64,000 bases of DNA from Sphyrna mokarran (Eukaryota). The position numbers were made by a program, and so were the translations under genes. The notes beneath the pieces were generated by a model, which saw only the letters and a program-made list of their open reading frames with translations, was not told where the DNA came from and ran no database searches. The stretch lies in the NCBI GenBank assembly GCA_024679065.1, contig JAGIQG010000005.1, positions 67,518,001 through 67,582,000 of the forward strand. The letters are read 5' to 3'. Shown one piece after another: positions 13,072-24,218 of this stretch (the first letter of the stretch is position 1; each line of letters opens with the position of its first letter).

Positions 13072-13276
13072 TGATATGGAAATGCTGGCGTTGGACTAGG
13101 TGGACAAAGTAATAAGTGTCACACACCAGATTAATGTCCAAAGGTTTATTTAGAATCAAAAGCTTTCGGGGCACTGCTCCTTCATCAGGTAAGTCTGCGA
13201 AGTCACAGCTCTCCAAAAGCTCATGATTCCAACTAAACTTGTTGGACTTTAAACCTGGTGTTCTGAGACTTCTTAT
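13072..13276. mobile_element. Penelope-like element terminal remnant, two arms in inverted orientation
   Basis: The minus arm carries ctgatgaaggagcagtgccccgaaagct..aataaacct..ggac..ctggtg. The plus arm repeats aaagctc..aaacttgttggactttaaacctggtgttctgagacttctta. Same family as 19069, 23601 and 61421. Confidence 0.7.
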
Positions 13277-14368
13277 GTATTTGTGGTGTTCAGGGCCATT
13301 GGAAAAGATGAGATTTCACAGGAGTTAACAGTCTTAGATTCTGTTCAACTTTTTGTCCAGATAATAATTTAGTGCAAGCAAGATTTTAGCAAAATTTGGA
13401 ATAAATTGTAATGTTTTTCACTGAGATTACTTGTGTTTTCATAGGCCAATGTATTATTAAACTTCAGTATTACAAGATACTGTTTCCAACAAAGGAGACA
13501 GAACGCTTCACCAATCTATTTTATAAATTGTTTTCACTGGGTCTTCAGAGTAATACTACACAACACATGCACAATAGTGTGCAACTGCACAATGCAATTA
13601 GATGTACTTACATTATATTGGCTTGAAACAGACCACATTCTCAACCATGTGCAAATTTCAATTTAGATTCATGATAAGGACCATGAAACAGTACAATCAT
13701 TTCATTTACACTTTAATTGACAATTTAATAAAATTGGTAATTTTTAAAATATCACTGACCCAAAAAGAGGAATTAAGCCTCTGTTTTAAAAACATACAGC
13801 TATTAATTTCACCTAAAATATATGCATTAAATAAAGTTCTAAGGAGACCAAATAACCATAAAAGATATATAACAATGACTAATTTACATGCATGAGTTCA
13901 CCTCTTCATTCTCTTCATTGTGTGTGCCTTTAGGCATTGTTCCTTAACAGTATAATTCAAGCTCAAAACAATTTGCAACTTTAGCTCGTTGAATTTTAAT
14001 AAACTGATGCTTGAAATGACAATGAAGCCGCTGGTAAGGCGGTTATTATGGCTGCCTCCACATAACATATATTTGTAAGCTAATGCAGAATATAGACCAA
14101 ATTGATTTAATTCAGCAAGATGGATGTGTACTTTACACTGTGGTTTTTTTTTCATAACATACAATAATGCAAAAGATAAATGTTGCTCCTACACAAGAGA
14201 TTACAGGAGTCCAACTGAAAATCACAAGTCAATTTTTATGAAGAGAATCAAATGGGTTTGCTCAGTTATCTGCTGCATGTACTGCTTGTTTTAGTAGCAT
14301 GTTTGTATATTAAATGAATTGGTATTAAAATTAAAAAAAAAATCTAGCTTTTTCAGTGAGATACTTAC

Positions 14369-14386
14369 ATCCCTGTACAGCCATAT
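14369..14386 (-). CDS. PTPRK: PTPRK alternative microexon, 18 nt: IWLYRD
   Basis: ctgtag|ATATGGCTGTACAGGGAT|gtaagt. Phase 0 to 0, 163 nt downstream of the NANYID exon. Matches the IWLYRD insert I recall from mammalian PTPkappa isoforms. Confidence 0.92.
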
Positions 14387-14549
14387 CTACAGCCCAAATC
14401 AAAGCCAGATGTGAAAGAAAGCACAACAGTATCAGTGAGTGCCAGCAAATTGAATATACAAGGAGCAAATTTTAAGAGTTGCAATCTTTAGACACAACAC
14501 AGGAAAGAAAATCAAATGCAGTATTATAGTGCTGGGAAATGTAACTTAC

Positions 14550-14626
14550 ATCAATATAATTTGCATTAATGTAATCTGACGTTGAGTCATCCTCTAATGG
14601 CTGTAAAATTACTCTGGAATGATCAT
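14550..14626 (-). CDS. PTPRK: PTPRK exon, 77 nt, D1: (Y)DHSRVILQPLEDDSTSDYINANYID
   Basis: Acceptor cctgtag|AT, donor GAT|gtaagt. DxxRVxL and DYINAN motifs. Phase 1 to 0. Confidence 0.97.
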
Positions 14627-16299
14627 CTACAGGAAACAATGCACACGTTAAATTTATTTTCTTTTCAGGAAGTGATATACAGCACTTAAGCATTATCAAA
14701 TGTGCTAAAACTGATCTGAGTTACTCCGTAATTCACCTTTAGTTTTAAAATATTATTTTCTAACTTTCAACTGACAGAAAATTATGCAAATGGAACTAAG
14801 ACAGAGAAATGCAAGCCACATTCCAGCATTGGATGCGGGAAACAGACAAGAACCCTCCGGGCAATGTGAAGAGAGAGATGTTTTTTATAATCCATAGACC
14901 CATTGAAACCCATAAGTGGCTGAGGAAGTGATATTAAAAATAGATATTGAAACAGTACCGTTTGGAAATACATAATGAGTGAAGTATTTCAAAGTGAGGC
15001 TGCCAGCCAGAGAGACTTCAAGTGATATAGAAAGCCTCATGTCCAGAAATCCTTCAGCAGAGAAAACAAGCTGAGGGCTGCTTGCTCCCTTGCCTCCTTC
15101 TTGTGGAATAAACATATCACCTGGTTCAAGGCGGCAACTTTAAAAAAAACTATAAGCAAACTAAGGTCTCTTAATAATTCCAGCATCTTCTGCTTTTGAC
15201 TATACCTAAGAAACCACCTAATCTAGATCAGCTGCAACATTTAAAGGCTATGCCTCAACGACAATCAAAGGATGCTGACCACATATACTTCTACCTTTTT
15301 TTTTTAAACTACTCTCTGACTCTCCTTATTTCTGAAACCTGTTTTGTGTACATGTGGGTTCTAATGCACAAGGGCTAAATAGTTGACATCACATTTTTAA
15401 TCATTTTTCTCAGATCGAATGGTTGATAAATTAGCTTTCTCATTAACACAAGAAATCTTGTTTGAGTGACTTCTTACTGCTCCATGGTCAAATACATTCA
15501 GATATAAAAAGGCGTATCCTCATGAGAAATAAAATTATGAGAAGGTTCAATAGAGTGGAACCAATTCACCCTTCTCATTGGTCATAACATATGGGAAACA
15601 AATTTTAAAATCATGTGAACATACACCATTAAGCAAGCAATTTAAGAACCATATTCTAAGTAAGTTGTTTGGTCCAGGAACTGATTCTTTTCCTTTCCTG
15701 CATAGCAACAATATACAAATTATTGAAAATTGTAAATTTGCAGAAGCTGACACGCTTCAAGAAAAGAGCACTGCACATCTTTCAGGATGTGGAGTTGGAA
15801 AAGATTGCATTGAATATTATGTCCATGATGAAAGCTTATTATATGCTTGAGTTGTGGTTGATTATTAGTGAAAATTACATACAACATTGCAAAAGGTAAT
15901 TACAGTTTTGTATTACTACCCATTAAAGAACTTAATAAAAATTATGCAGTACAGAACTTTGTTCATTTGGCTCATCGGTTGTGCACTCACCTCTGCCAGT
16001 GGGTTGTACAATCAAGCCTCACTCAATTAACTTTATAACAATATTTACAAAAGGGAAATAGGTTTAAATGTCTCACAGGCAACATAATTTACATCCATAT
16101 TTAGAAAAAGGGATAAAAGATGAAATTCTGTAAATGATTCCATACAGACTTCCAATGATAGGCTGCAATCAAAGGAAGCACAGAGCAGTAATATGGCTGC
16201 AAACCAGAACCCTGACTCCGTTATCTGTCCCAATTTTGAACATTGCAATTAGTCTAATCTCAGCTGTGTATCAACCTCTAGCATCCATAATGCAGGATA

Positions 16300-16600
16300 A
16301 ATGAGTAAAGAATTAGGGAAATAGCATCATCAGAAGTAACCAGCATGGATTGTAATGGACAGATCATGCTCAACCAATTTATACTTTGTGAGACAATCAC
16401 AGTGTGCATAGTTGAAGTGAATGGCTGATGTTATAGATGTAGATTTGTCAGCAAGTATTTGATAAGGTGTTCCTTGTTGCAAAACCTGAGTGTGTGACAT
16501 GAAAAGAAAAGCAACAAAACGAATAGAAGATATTTTAGGAAAGAACAAGAGTGAATTTAAAATATTCAAAAAATTGTTGTATGTTTGACATTTTTCTGTT
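16300..16600 (+). mobile_element. CR1-type LINE RT fragment (highly decayed)
   Basis: aaccagcatggatt (QHGF), tcatgctcaaccaattt, gtagatttgtcagcaagtatttgataaggt (DFSKAFDKV-like). Confidence 0.6.
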
Positions 16601-16709
16601 CCATAGAATAACCTGAAGAAATTCAGATTTAAAAGTTGCATTCTCAAAGGGACATCCAAATTGCAATAACAATAAATCATGGATCATAGCTGTTTATAGA
16701 TCAACTCAC

Positions 16710-16797
16710 AAGCTATAATATTTCCATAGCGATTCTTTGTTCTATTCTGATCCTTCTTGGCAACGTCCCAGGAAGCAGACTGTCCTTCAAAGAAACT
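16710..16797 (-). CDS. PTPRK: PTPRK exon, 88 nt, wedge and start of D1: [29 protein letters not shown](Y)
   Basis: Not in the ORF track. Acceptor tttgcag|AGT, donor GCTT|gtgagt. KNRY pTyr-recognition loop. Phase 0 to 1. Confidence 0.97.
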
Positions 16798-19144
16798 CTG
16801 CAAAAGAACAATTTTGTTAACAAGAATGATTCCTGCCTTTCATCAAAGCCAACAAATCTAAATTTCATAAAATCTTCTAATTAACAACTCTTGCTTAAAA
16901 TGCACTAATTATAGTAACTGCATTATTTTAACCAAAAGAATAATTCTAAATTCTACACACATACACTGTACAATAGTAAAAAAAAGAAAAATTTTGACCA
17001 TGGATAAATATTATACATGATGCACCTTCATGCATTTAAAAATTTAAATGTACAGATGATGTGCTGTAACCTGTGTAGCTATGGATCAATAGCTAGAAGA
17101 GGAGGAGGATTAGGCTGGATTGCTCTTCTCTGTCTGCACAGGCACAGTGGGCTGCAAAGCCTCCTTCCATGCCACAGATTTTCTAGATCTGTGTTCACAC
17201 TGAGGTGCCCTATACTGCAAGATTTAAACAGCATATTTTACATGAAATATTATCAGATCATCTGGGATGGTAAATTATTTAAAAGTCATTTTTGTGGTTG
17301 TGAAACATAAATAACTGCAGCAAATTTGAGGCAACATGTGGCTTTTCTGCCATTTCTTTAGCTAATCGTAAAGTGCAAACAGGATTTGCTCAGAAACAAC
17401 AAATTTCTACAGGAAATGTTGCCAGCAAAACCACAACTACTGGCTCAATGGTTTGAACTATCTCACATTGTTTTCAGTAATATAACCCTGAGGTTTTGAC
17501 ATGAGACAAGCCAATGAGATTACAAAAAACATAGTTGAAACAATAATTAAATAAAAATAAGAACAAAAACCAGCACAGTACCATCTATACTCATGGTGAG
17601 TATTATGGCTAAAGAATACATTGCTTTTCCAAGAAAAATAACAATTGCTAAATTGGAATATATTTGCAACACATTTGATTTCAGTTCTAATGAATCCCAA
17701 TCTTCCTTTGTTAAAAAATTAATGACACAATATTGTTTTTCTGCTAATTTGTTACCAAATGAGTCATAATCCTAATACACTGCTTATGAGGGCATTTTCT
17801 GTACTTTCAGGTGAAACATCAGTCAGTCATTTGAAATTGAATTCTGTTGGTTGGATAACAGTATTTGCAACAACTGAGAATTTAAATAATGAGAACCAAG
17901 CTAAGGAACAAGTGAGTCAGTTTAAATAAATCAGTTTTGTCTGCAAGTTATATCAGTTATTATCTGTCAGCTGCTGGTGCTGGTAGTCAAAATATTTCTA
18001 ACACTGCTGCATGTATCTGCTTAAATCCGTTACAATCGTAAGGTTAGTAAGTGTCTTATATTTTGGGTTTGTGTCTTTAACTTAAGATAAAAATGAAGGG
18101 GGTCATGTGATCAGTGCTGAAGTTTGCCTGAAAGCAACACTGAGTGGTTCATATGTTGGAGATTAAAAGGCGCCCAAATTACTTTTCTGGGAAGAAGCAA
18201 GGGGCTAACAATGGATAGATCCAAGTGCATCTAAAATTCCAGAAGTGTTAAGAATCTCAGGTTGTAAACACTTATGCTGCAAACTGTTCATTTAGTTCCA
18301 AGATGCAAGAGAGTTGTGCCCTTAAAAGATCGCTGATCGGCATTTCTACCTATTTACAACGCTCAAGTGAGTCATGTAGCTTTGAGAGGGGAAAGGTTTC
18401 TAAAGTATCTCGGAAAATTCACAGACAAGGTTAGTCTGCCAGGATCTGGGTCAAATTACAGATAGCAGGCAAAATTCCTGACAGTTCAGTGCGATGGAAT
18501 GTGGATTGAAGTTTGCAGCTTGATTCAAATGACCATATTTCTGAAAAGTTAAAACAAAGCAGCATAAGTTGCCCTAAAGGGAAAATTTCCAGGCCAGTTC
18601 TGGAAATTACCAATCTGAGAAAGGAAAAGAACAGAAGTAAAGCCTTGGGAGCTCAGAATTATTTTGGGACAATTGTAACATATGCCAGTTTTTTCGTACG
18701 TGCTAAAAATAAGAAGGGGTATTTTATCCTGTGATTTTAAAATACAAGCTTCCTACAAAGATAGTGTTTAGTTAGTTTCTTTTATTACAGTAATTATTGA
18801 AATCTTGTTACATCATCCTTTCAGCTATCAACTGGGAATTTCAAGTTTCTATTTAAAAGTTATCTCAGTGACGGATGTCACTGAGCTGCAACTATGAGGT
18901 TGAGAGCTTTGTTGATAGCTCGTTTATCTATGTAATCACCTCTCAAATTAAAGATATGCAAGGAGAGGGAGAATCAGGCAAGTAAAGAAGGTATTGCAGG
19001 TGATGTGAAAGTAATGCAATACTAGCGAAGGGCTTCATCTCGTATATGCAGCCAGAGCCAAATCCATGGCGCCATGGCTGGGTCAGCTATAGTAAGAAGT
19101 CTCACAAGACAGTTAAAGTCCAACAAGTTTTTCTGTCAGCAATG

Positions 19145-21935
19145 CTAGAGGACAGACAAGATTGGAAAAGCAATAATGATAGAGGGTTTAATAGTTAGAG
19201 GAACAGATATGTGTTTCTGTGGCTGCAAATGTGGATGATATGTTGCCTGTCTGGTGCCGGGATAAAGGTTGTCGTGAGCAACTGCACAGCACTCTGCGGG
19301 TTGACGGTGAACAGCCAATAGTTGTGGTCCACTTTGGTGATAATGACAATGGCAAAAAGGGAAATGTAGTCTCCCAATCAGTATTTTGGGAATTACAGCA
19401 AAAACAAGCAAGCAGAACCTTAATGTTGGCAATCTCTGGATTATTTCCAGTACAACATGCAGATATAGAAATTGAAGGATACAGTAGATAAATGTGTGGC
19501 TGGAAAGATGTTGCAGGAGAGTCGGTTTTAGATTCCTAAAACATTTGGACCAATTCTGGAGGTAATGAAATCCATTCAAGCTGGACGGATCTCACCCAAA
19601 CACAACTGGGACGAAGCTCCTTGTGGGATAATTTGTTAATGTCTTGGAGAGGGTTTAAACTAAATTGGAGGTGTGTGTGAATCAGGAGGTCAAAGCAGGC
19701 AGAAACACTCAGATGCACAGAAAATTAGGAGGGACTGATAGCACTACAGTCAGAAAGACAAAGTATTAGGTGAATGGACTAAGAAGAAATTGAATAATGA
19801 CTAAGTTAGGGTTATTGTGCATGTATGTTAAGATGCAGTGTGTAGTAAATAAGATTGGTGAGCTGCAGATGATCACGTAGAAACATCAAGCAATAATGGA
19901 GATATGGCTCATAGGCAGAACGAGACAGGCATTACTCCTAGATTCAAGATGTCCAGTAAAAGGAAAGAATAAAAGGAGGAGATAGCATCATTGGTTAAGA
20001 AGAGGATTGTTATGCATCAAAGGAATGTATTTGGCATAGCCAAGAAACAATAAATGTAAATGATAAAATCATTAGTTTGTATGGTCCACAGATCACCTCC
20101 TAATGGGATTGCAAGGCAATGACAGAGAAAAGTAAGAATGATAAGCAGTTAAAAGAAGAGATTGCAATTAACATAATAGAGATTGCGACAGTAAAAGTGT
20201 AAAGAACTGAGAACAGAAATAATTTGTAGAGTATATTCAGGAAACATCAAGTTACATTCAAACAGGGGAAAAAGTGCTCTGGATAATGAATAAGATAAAG
20301 TGCAAGATGAAGCAAAAAAAGAGCAGTTAACATATTAAGTAGATAACACAATTGTGAATTAGGTGAAATGTTGGATGTGTTAAGAATTATTTTTTCATGG
20401 AATGAAGGCATCACTGAATAGGTCAGTCTTTAAACCTATTCCTAATTGTTCTTGGGAAGGTGATGGTAATTTGGCTTCTCGAACTACTGCAGCCCATGTA
20501 GTGTAGGTACAGCCATAGGACTGCTTGGGAGGGAGTTCCTGTATTTTGACTGAAAGACAAAGAAGGAACGGTGATATATTTCTAAGTTATGATGGTGTGT
20601 GATTTTGATTTGATTTTTATATAGTATTAGTATATAGTGAAAAGCACACTACACAGAGCATACTATACATAAAGGAGAAAAGGAACGCAAAATTTAATGT
20701 TAGTTATAGCTAGGGTGTAGAGAAAGATCGACTTAATATAAAGAAGGTCCATTCAAAAGTCTGACAACTGCCAAGGCCAATGACCTAATCTATAAGTTGC
20801 TATTTACTCACTCTGAAGGTTATTGACAACTTCATATACCTTGGATTATCGATTAGCAGGAAATTGCCTGTTGACGCTGAAATCACCACCACAATTGCCA
20901 ATGCCATAGTTGTCATGTTAACATTGAGAAGTTAAATCTGGATCAACAGCAAACTAGCTGAAAATACAAAGTTCTGGGTGTACCAAACTTGTGCTCTCAG
21001 CAGCCTCCTGAAGGTTTTGCGAAATTCTAGAATTGTCACAGTGCATCAGAATTTGCAAACATGAGCTCGCTATTCAGGAAAGGAGAGAGGGGGAAATTAG
21101 GGAACTACAGGCTAATTAGCCTGATATGATTATTCAGGAAAATTGCTTGAATCTATTATTAGACATGTAATATATGGCATTTGAAAATCATACGACTAAG
21201 CAGGCTCAACATGGATTCGCGAAAGGAAAATTGTGCTTACAATCATAGAATGATTACAGCACAGTAGAGCATTTGGTGCATTATGCCCATACTTAAAAAT
21301 TTTTTGAGATTTTAACTAGTTGGATACATAAAGTGGAGTGAAATGGGACTGATGGATGAAGTGCATTTGGAATTTCTACATGTATTCAATAAGATAAGAA
21401 TTAGAAGAAATATAGGCATAAATTGAGGACTAGTTATAAGATAGAAATTGGAGACTAGGAATGAATGGATTATTTTCAGCTTGGCAGATTGATGAGGGAA
21501 CCCGGCATAATAAAATTCAATGTTTGCTGACAATACAAAGTGAAATTAGAAAGGAACTTGAGGAGAATACAAAGGGACTGCAAAAAGATATATTAAGTGA
21601 ATGAGCAAAACTCAGCAGATGAAAGATAATGTGAACAAGTGTGAATTTGATGAGCAAATCAAAACAACAGACTTTTTTTAAAAAATGGAAAGAGACTGAA
21701 ATGCTTGTATTTAGAAGTGCTTGGCTGTCCTTGTAACGAATCAGAGGAAATTAAGGTGCATGTGCTTCAAGAATTAGGATGGCAAATTATATTTTAGCTT
21801 TAATTATAAAGGGATTGGAGCACAGCTTTACTGTCGTTGTATAAGGTCATTATTAGACCTCACCCAAAATAACATGCTTTTGGTTTAGCTATAAGGATAT
21901 ATTTGCCTTACAAGATGTTCAGTGATGATTGACCA
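19145..21935 (+). mobile_element. Near full-span decayed CR1 LINE (ORF1 esterase, EN and RT remnants) with nested insertions
   Basis: 19160-19665 gives IIEG-IVRGTD..CCL-GA..GEQPIVVVHFGDNDNG (SGNH esterase-like CR1 ORF1). 21060-21240 gives LFRKGERGKLGNYRLISL..QHGF. A LINE tail (20390-20600, minus) and an RTE piece (20770-21010) are nested inside. Confidence 0.8.
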
Positions 21936-21954
21936 CAAGGATTTCTTTGATGAA

Positions 21955-22645
21955 GATTAGAATATATGTTGCAGTATGTGGATGATGTACTCTTCGTTGC
22001 AAAAGTTGATGAATATCTCAAATTATTGATTGAGATCATAATTAGATAATCTGATATCATATTTTGAGATCATATATCGTTATGTAGCTAAACCATAATT
22101 AAAAATGTTGTTTTCCTGGAAATCTTGATAACATGTAGGCTGAGTCCAGATGGTCAAAGATATAAGTCATTCAGCAGTTGTCTCTGCCAGTGTCCAAGTC
22201 TTCACTTTGCTTTGGGATTGGTAAGTTACTTACACAGCTTTATTCCAGGTTCTGCAGAGATAGTCAAACCTCTCTATAGACTTTGTAAATGCCAGGAAGT
22301 TCAGGTATTGTTTCATGGACAGCAGAATACATTAATGCGATGAAGAAGTTAACAGTAGCAGTCACATAGGCTACCAGTTTAGTCACCATTTTCATTTTAG
22401 GTGGAAGCAGTTTCCACAGAGAAGAATATAGGGACAATATTAGGATACAGATATCCAGTATACCTTGGCATCTTACAGGCAACAGAGAAGCCTTATTTAT
22501 GAATAATATTTATTAGCTATCTTTTGGATAGTAATGCTATTTCACTTATCAGGGGCTTACAAAAAATCATCATTCCTTCACCTCAAATTCTTTTGAATTT
22601 ATAGTTGAAACCAGGAGACATTTTAGTAACATCAATAGAATTAAA
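21955..22645 (+). mobile_element. Decayed LTR-retroelement / endogenous-retrovirus-like pol fragment (RT palm-thumb into an RNase H-like domain)
   Basis: EYMLQYVDDVLFVAK (YVDD at 21975-21986), VVFL, VIQQLSLPVSKSSL, LGLVSYLHSFIPGSAEIVKPLYRL, WTAEYINAMKKL, E*YLLAIFWIV in the expected order across frameshifts. Confidence 0.78.
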
Positions 22646-23010
22646 GTGTCTACTTAACTTTATTTCATTTTCATGTCTTTACTTTAATGTCATTTTATCC
22701 ATTTAATGTTGCCAGTTTCACTTTAGCACAACAGACTTCCTCTTCTGTGACCTGCCTGTTCACACGATCTTTCCAGAGCACTAACGCTCTTGTCCTCCAT
22801 TTCTCTTTCTTCCATGGCCGACCTTGTTCCGCAGCCTTGCCTCTGGATACTGCTTCCTGGCCATGCCTCCGATGTTGCATCCCAGCCTCTGTTCTTACCT
22901 TAGTCCCTGTTTTGTTCTTGTGGCTTCACTCTCGCACCCCCCCCCCCAAAAAAAAAACTGGCTTCACTCTTGCCTCCTCTGTTGCTGAATTTGTACTGAA
23001 GTCCTGAGAC

Positions 23011-23081
23011 CCATCTAGTGGCAGACATTGGTCAGCTAAAGGAGTCTTACGTCTCACCTGCTACCTGCCACTAGATGGAGC
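23011..23081. promoter_or_regulatory. Divergent pair of CTCF-like motifs forming a perfect 14-bp inverted repeat
   Basis: ccatctagtggcag (23011-23024) / ctgccactagatgg (23065-23078). Both read TGCCACTAGATGG against the CTCF core CCASYAGRKGGC, lacking the final C. Confidence 0.4.
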
Positions 23082-23600
23082 TTCTTCAATCTAAAAGTAT
23101 TGTACTTTAGGTGAGTGTATTGTGTTTCTTACTGTGTTGTATATTGTACTTCTTTTACATTTAGTGACATATTTTACTTTGGAAGTCATTTTAGCAAAGA
23201 ATGCACAGTGCTGCACATGTATCATGGTCTTTCAACTTGTACACCATTTTATCCAGGCAGAAATGTCCGAAGGAACGTAACTCTGGCTCTAACATTGATT
23301 CCTATGGGAATGTAGCACTCACTTCAAGTCACAATTTTCAAATGTGCCACCACAACGTTAAGTGACGACTCGCTGTACTTCACAGAGACTTATGTGACCT
23401 CCACAAGGTATTACTCTTTTTGTCTCATAAAGGCCAGCCTCACAAATGTCCTTTACCACTGATGGATTATGAGCAACATCCAATTTGTCCTATTGAAGCT
23501 TCTCTTGATGTTCATCTTGATGATGGTCCTTTATGCCTTATCATGGGAGTTCCTTGCACAGGACTGGCAGCAGCGTTGTCCGAGTGTACCCTCAAGTTCA

Positions 23601-23832
23601 AGTGGGAGTTGTGTTCATAAACATGGCATAAAAAGACAAAAACTCAATCTACAATATTGAGTTTGTGTTTTTATATGCCCTGTTTGTGGACAACTCCCAC
23701 TCACCTGATGAAGGAGCAGCGCTCTGAAAGCTTGTGGTTTGCGTTACCAAATAAACCTGTTGGACTTTAAACTACTGTTGTGACGTATTACTGTACTTAC
23801 CCCAGCCCAACACCATCAACTCCACATCATAA
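23601..23832 (+). mobile_element. Penelope-like element terminal remnant with fold-back
   Basis: Hairpin at 23601-23701, then ctgatgaaggagcagcgctctgaaagct..aataaacctgttggactttaa..ccccagcccaacacc..ctccacatcat. Confidence 0.72.
23701..23737 (+). ncRNA. Minimal type I hammerhead ribozyme-like motif
   Basis: UCAC-CUGAUGA-A-GGAGC(AGC)GCUCU-GAAA-GC-UU-GUGG. The core boxes are intact, stems I and II pair, and stem III is the palindrome AAGCUU. Confidence 0.6.
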
Positions 23833-24099
23833 AAATATAGTCACAGCACATAAGCAGGATAGTTCTAAACACACACAGGATATATATCTGGAGATTCATT
23901 CCAAGAGTTAAAGAGTACAATAACATACGAGATGCAGCTAATTCTGTTTCAGGGCCTGCGATAGATTAGATGTTACTTCAGTCTTAACACGTTCAGGTAG
24001 TTATTTATTGCTATTTGCAAAGTCATCCTCTGCCTGCCCCTATTTCATGGGCTCTCAAAATCTTCTTTCTTCTGAAGGCACCCCTGGTTTGTTAATGTA

Positions 24100-24218
24100 G
24101 GGGCGAGGGGCAGACAGATGGCTGGGGGGCGAGGGGCAGACAGACGGCTGGGGGGCGAGGGGCAGAGAGAGAGAGATAATCTGCAAAAGAGGCAGAGAGA
24201 GAGAGAGAAACAGACAGA
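24100..24218 (+). repeat. G-rich 26-bp minisatellite (about 2.6 copies) followed by (GA)n tracts
   Basis: Unit ggggcgaggggcagacaga(t/c)ggctgg starts at 24100, 24126 and 24152. Confidence 0.9.

Noticed and set aside
24100-24170. Direct repeats as a possible CRISPR-like array
   Set aside because: Head-to-tail minisatellite with no unique spacers, in a vertebrate intron, with no cas genes.
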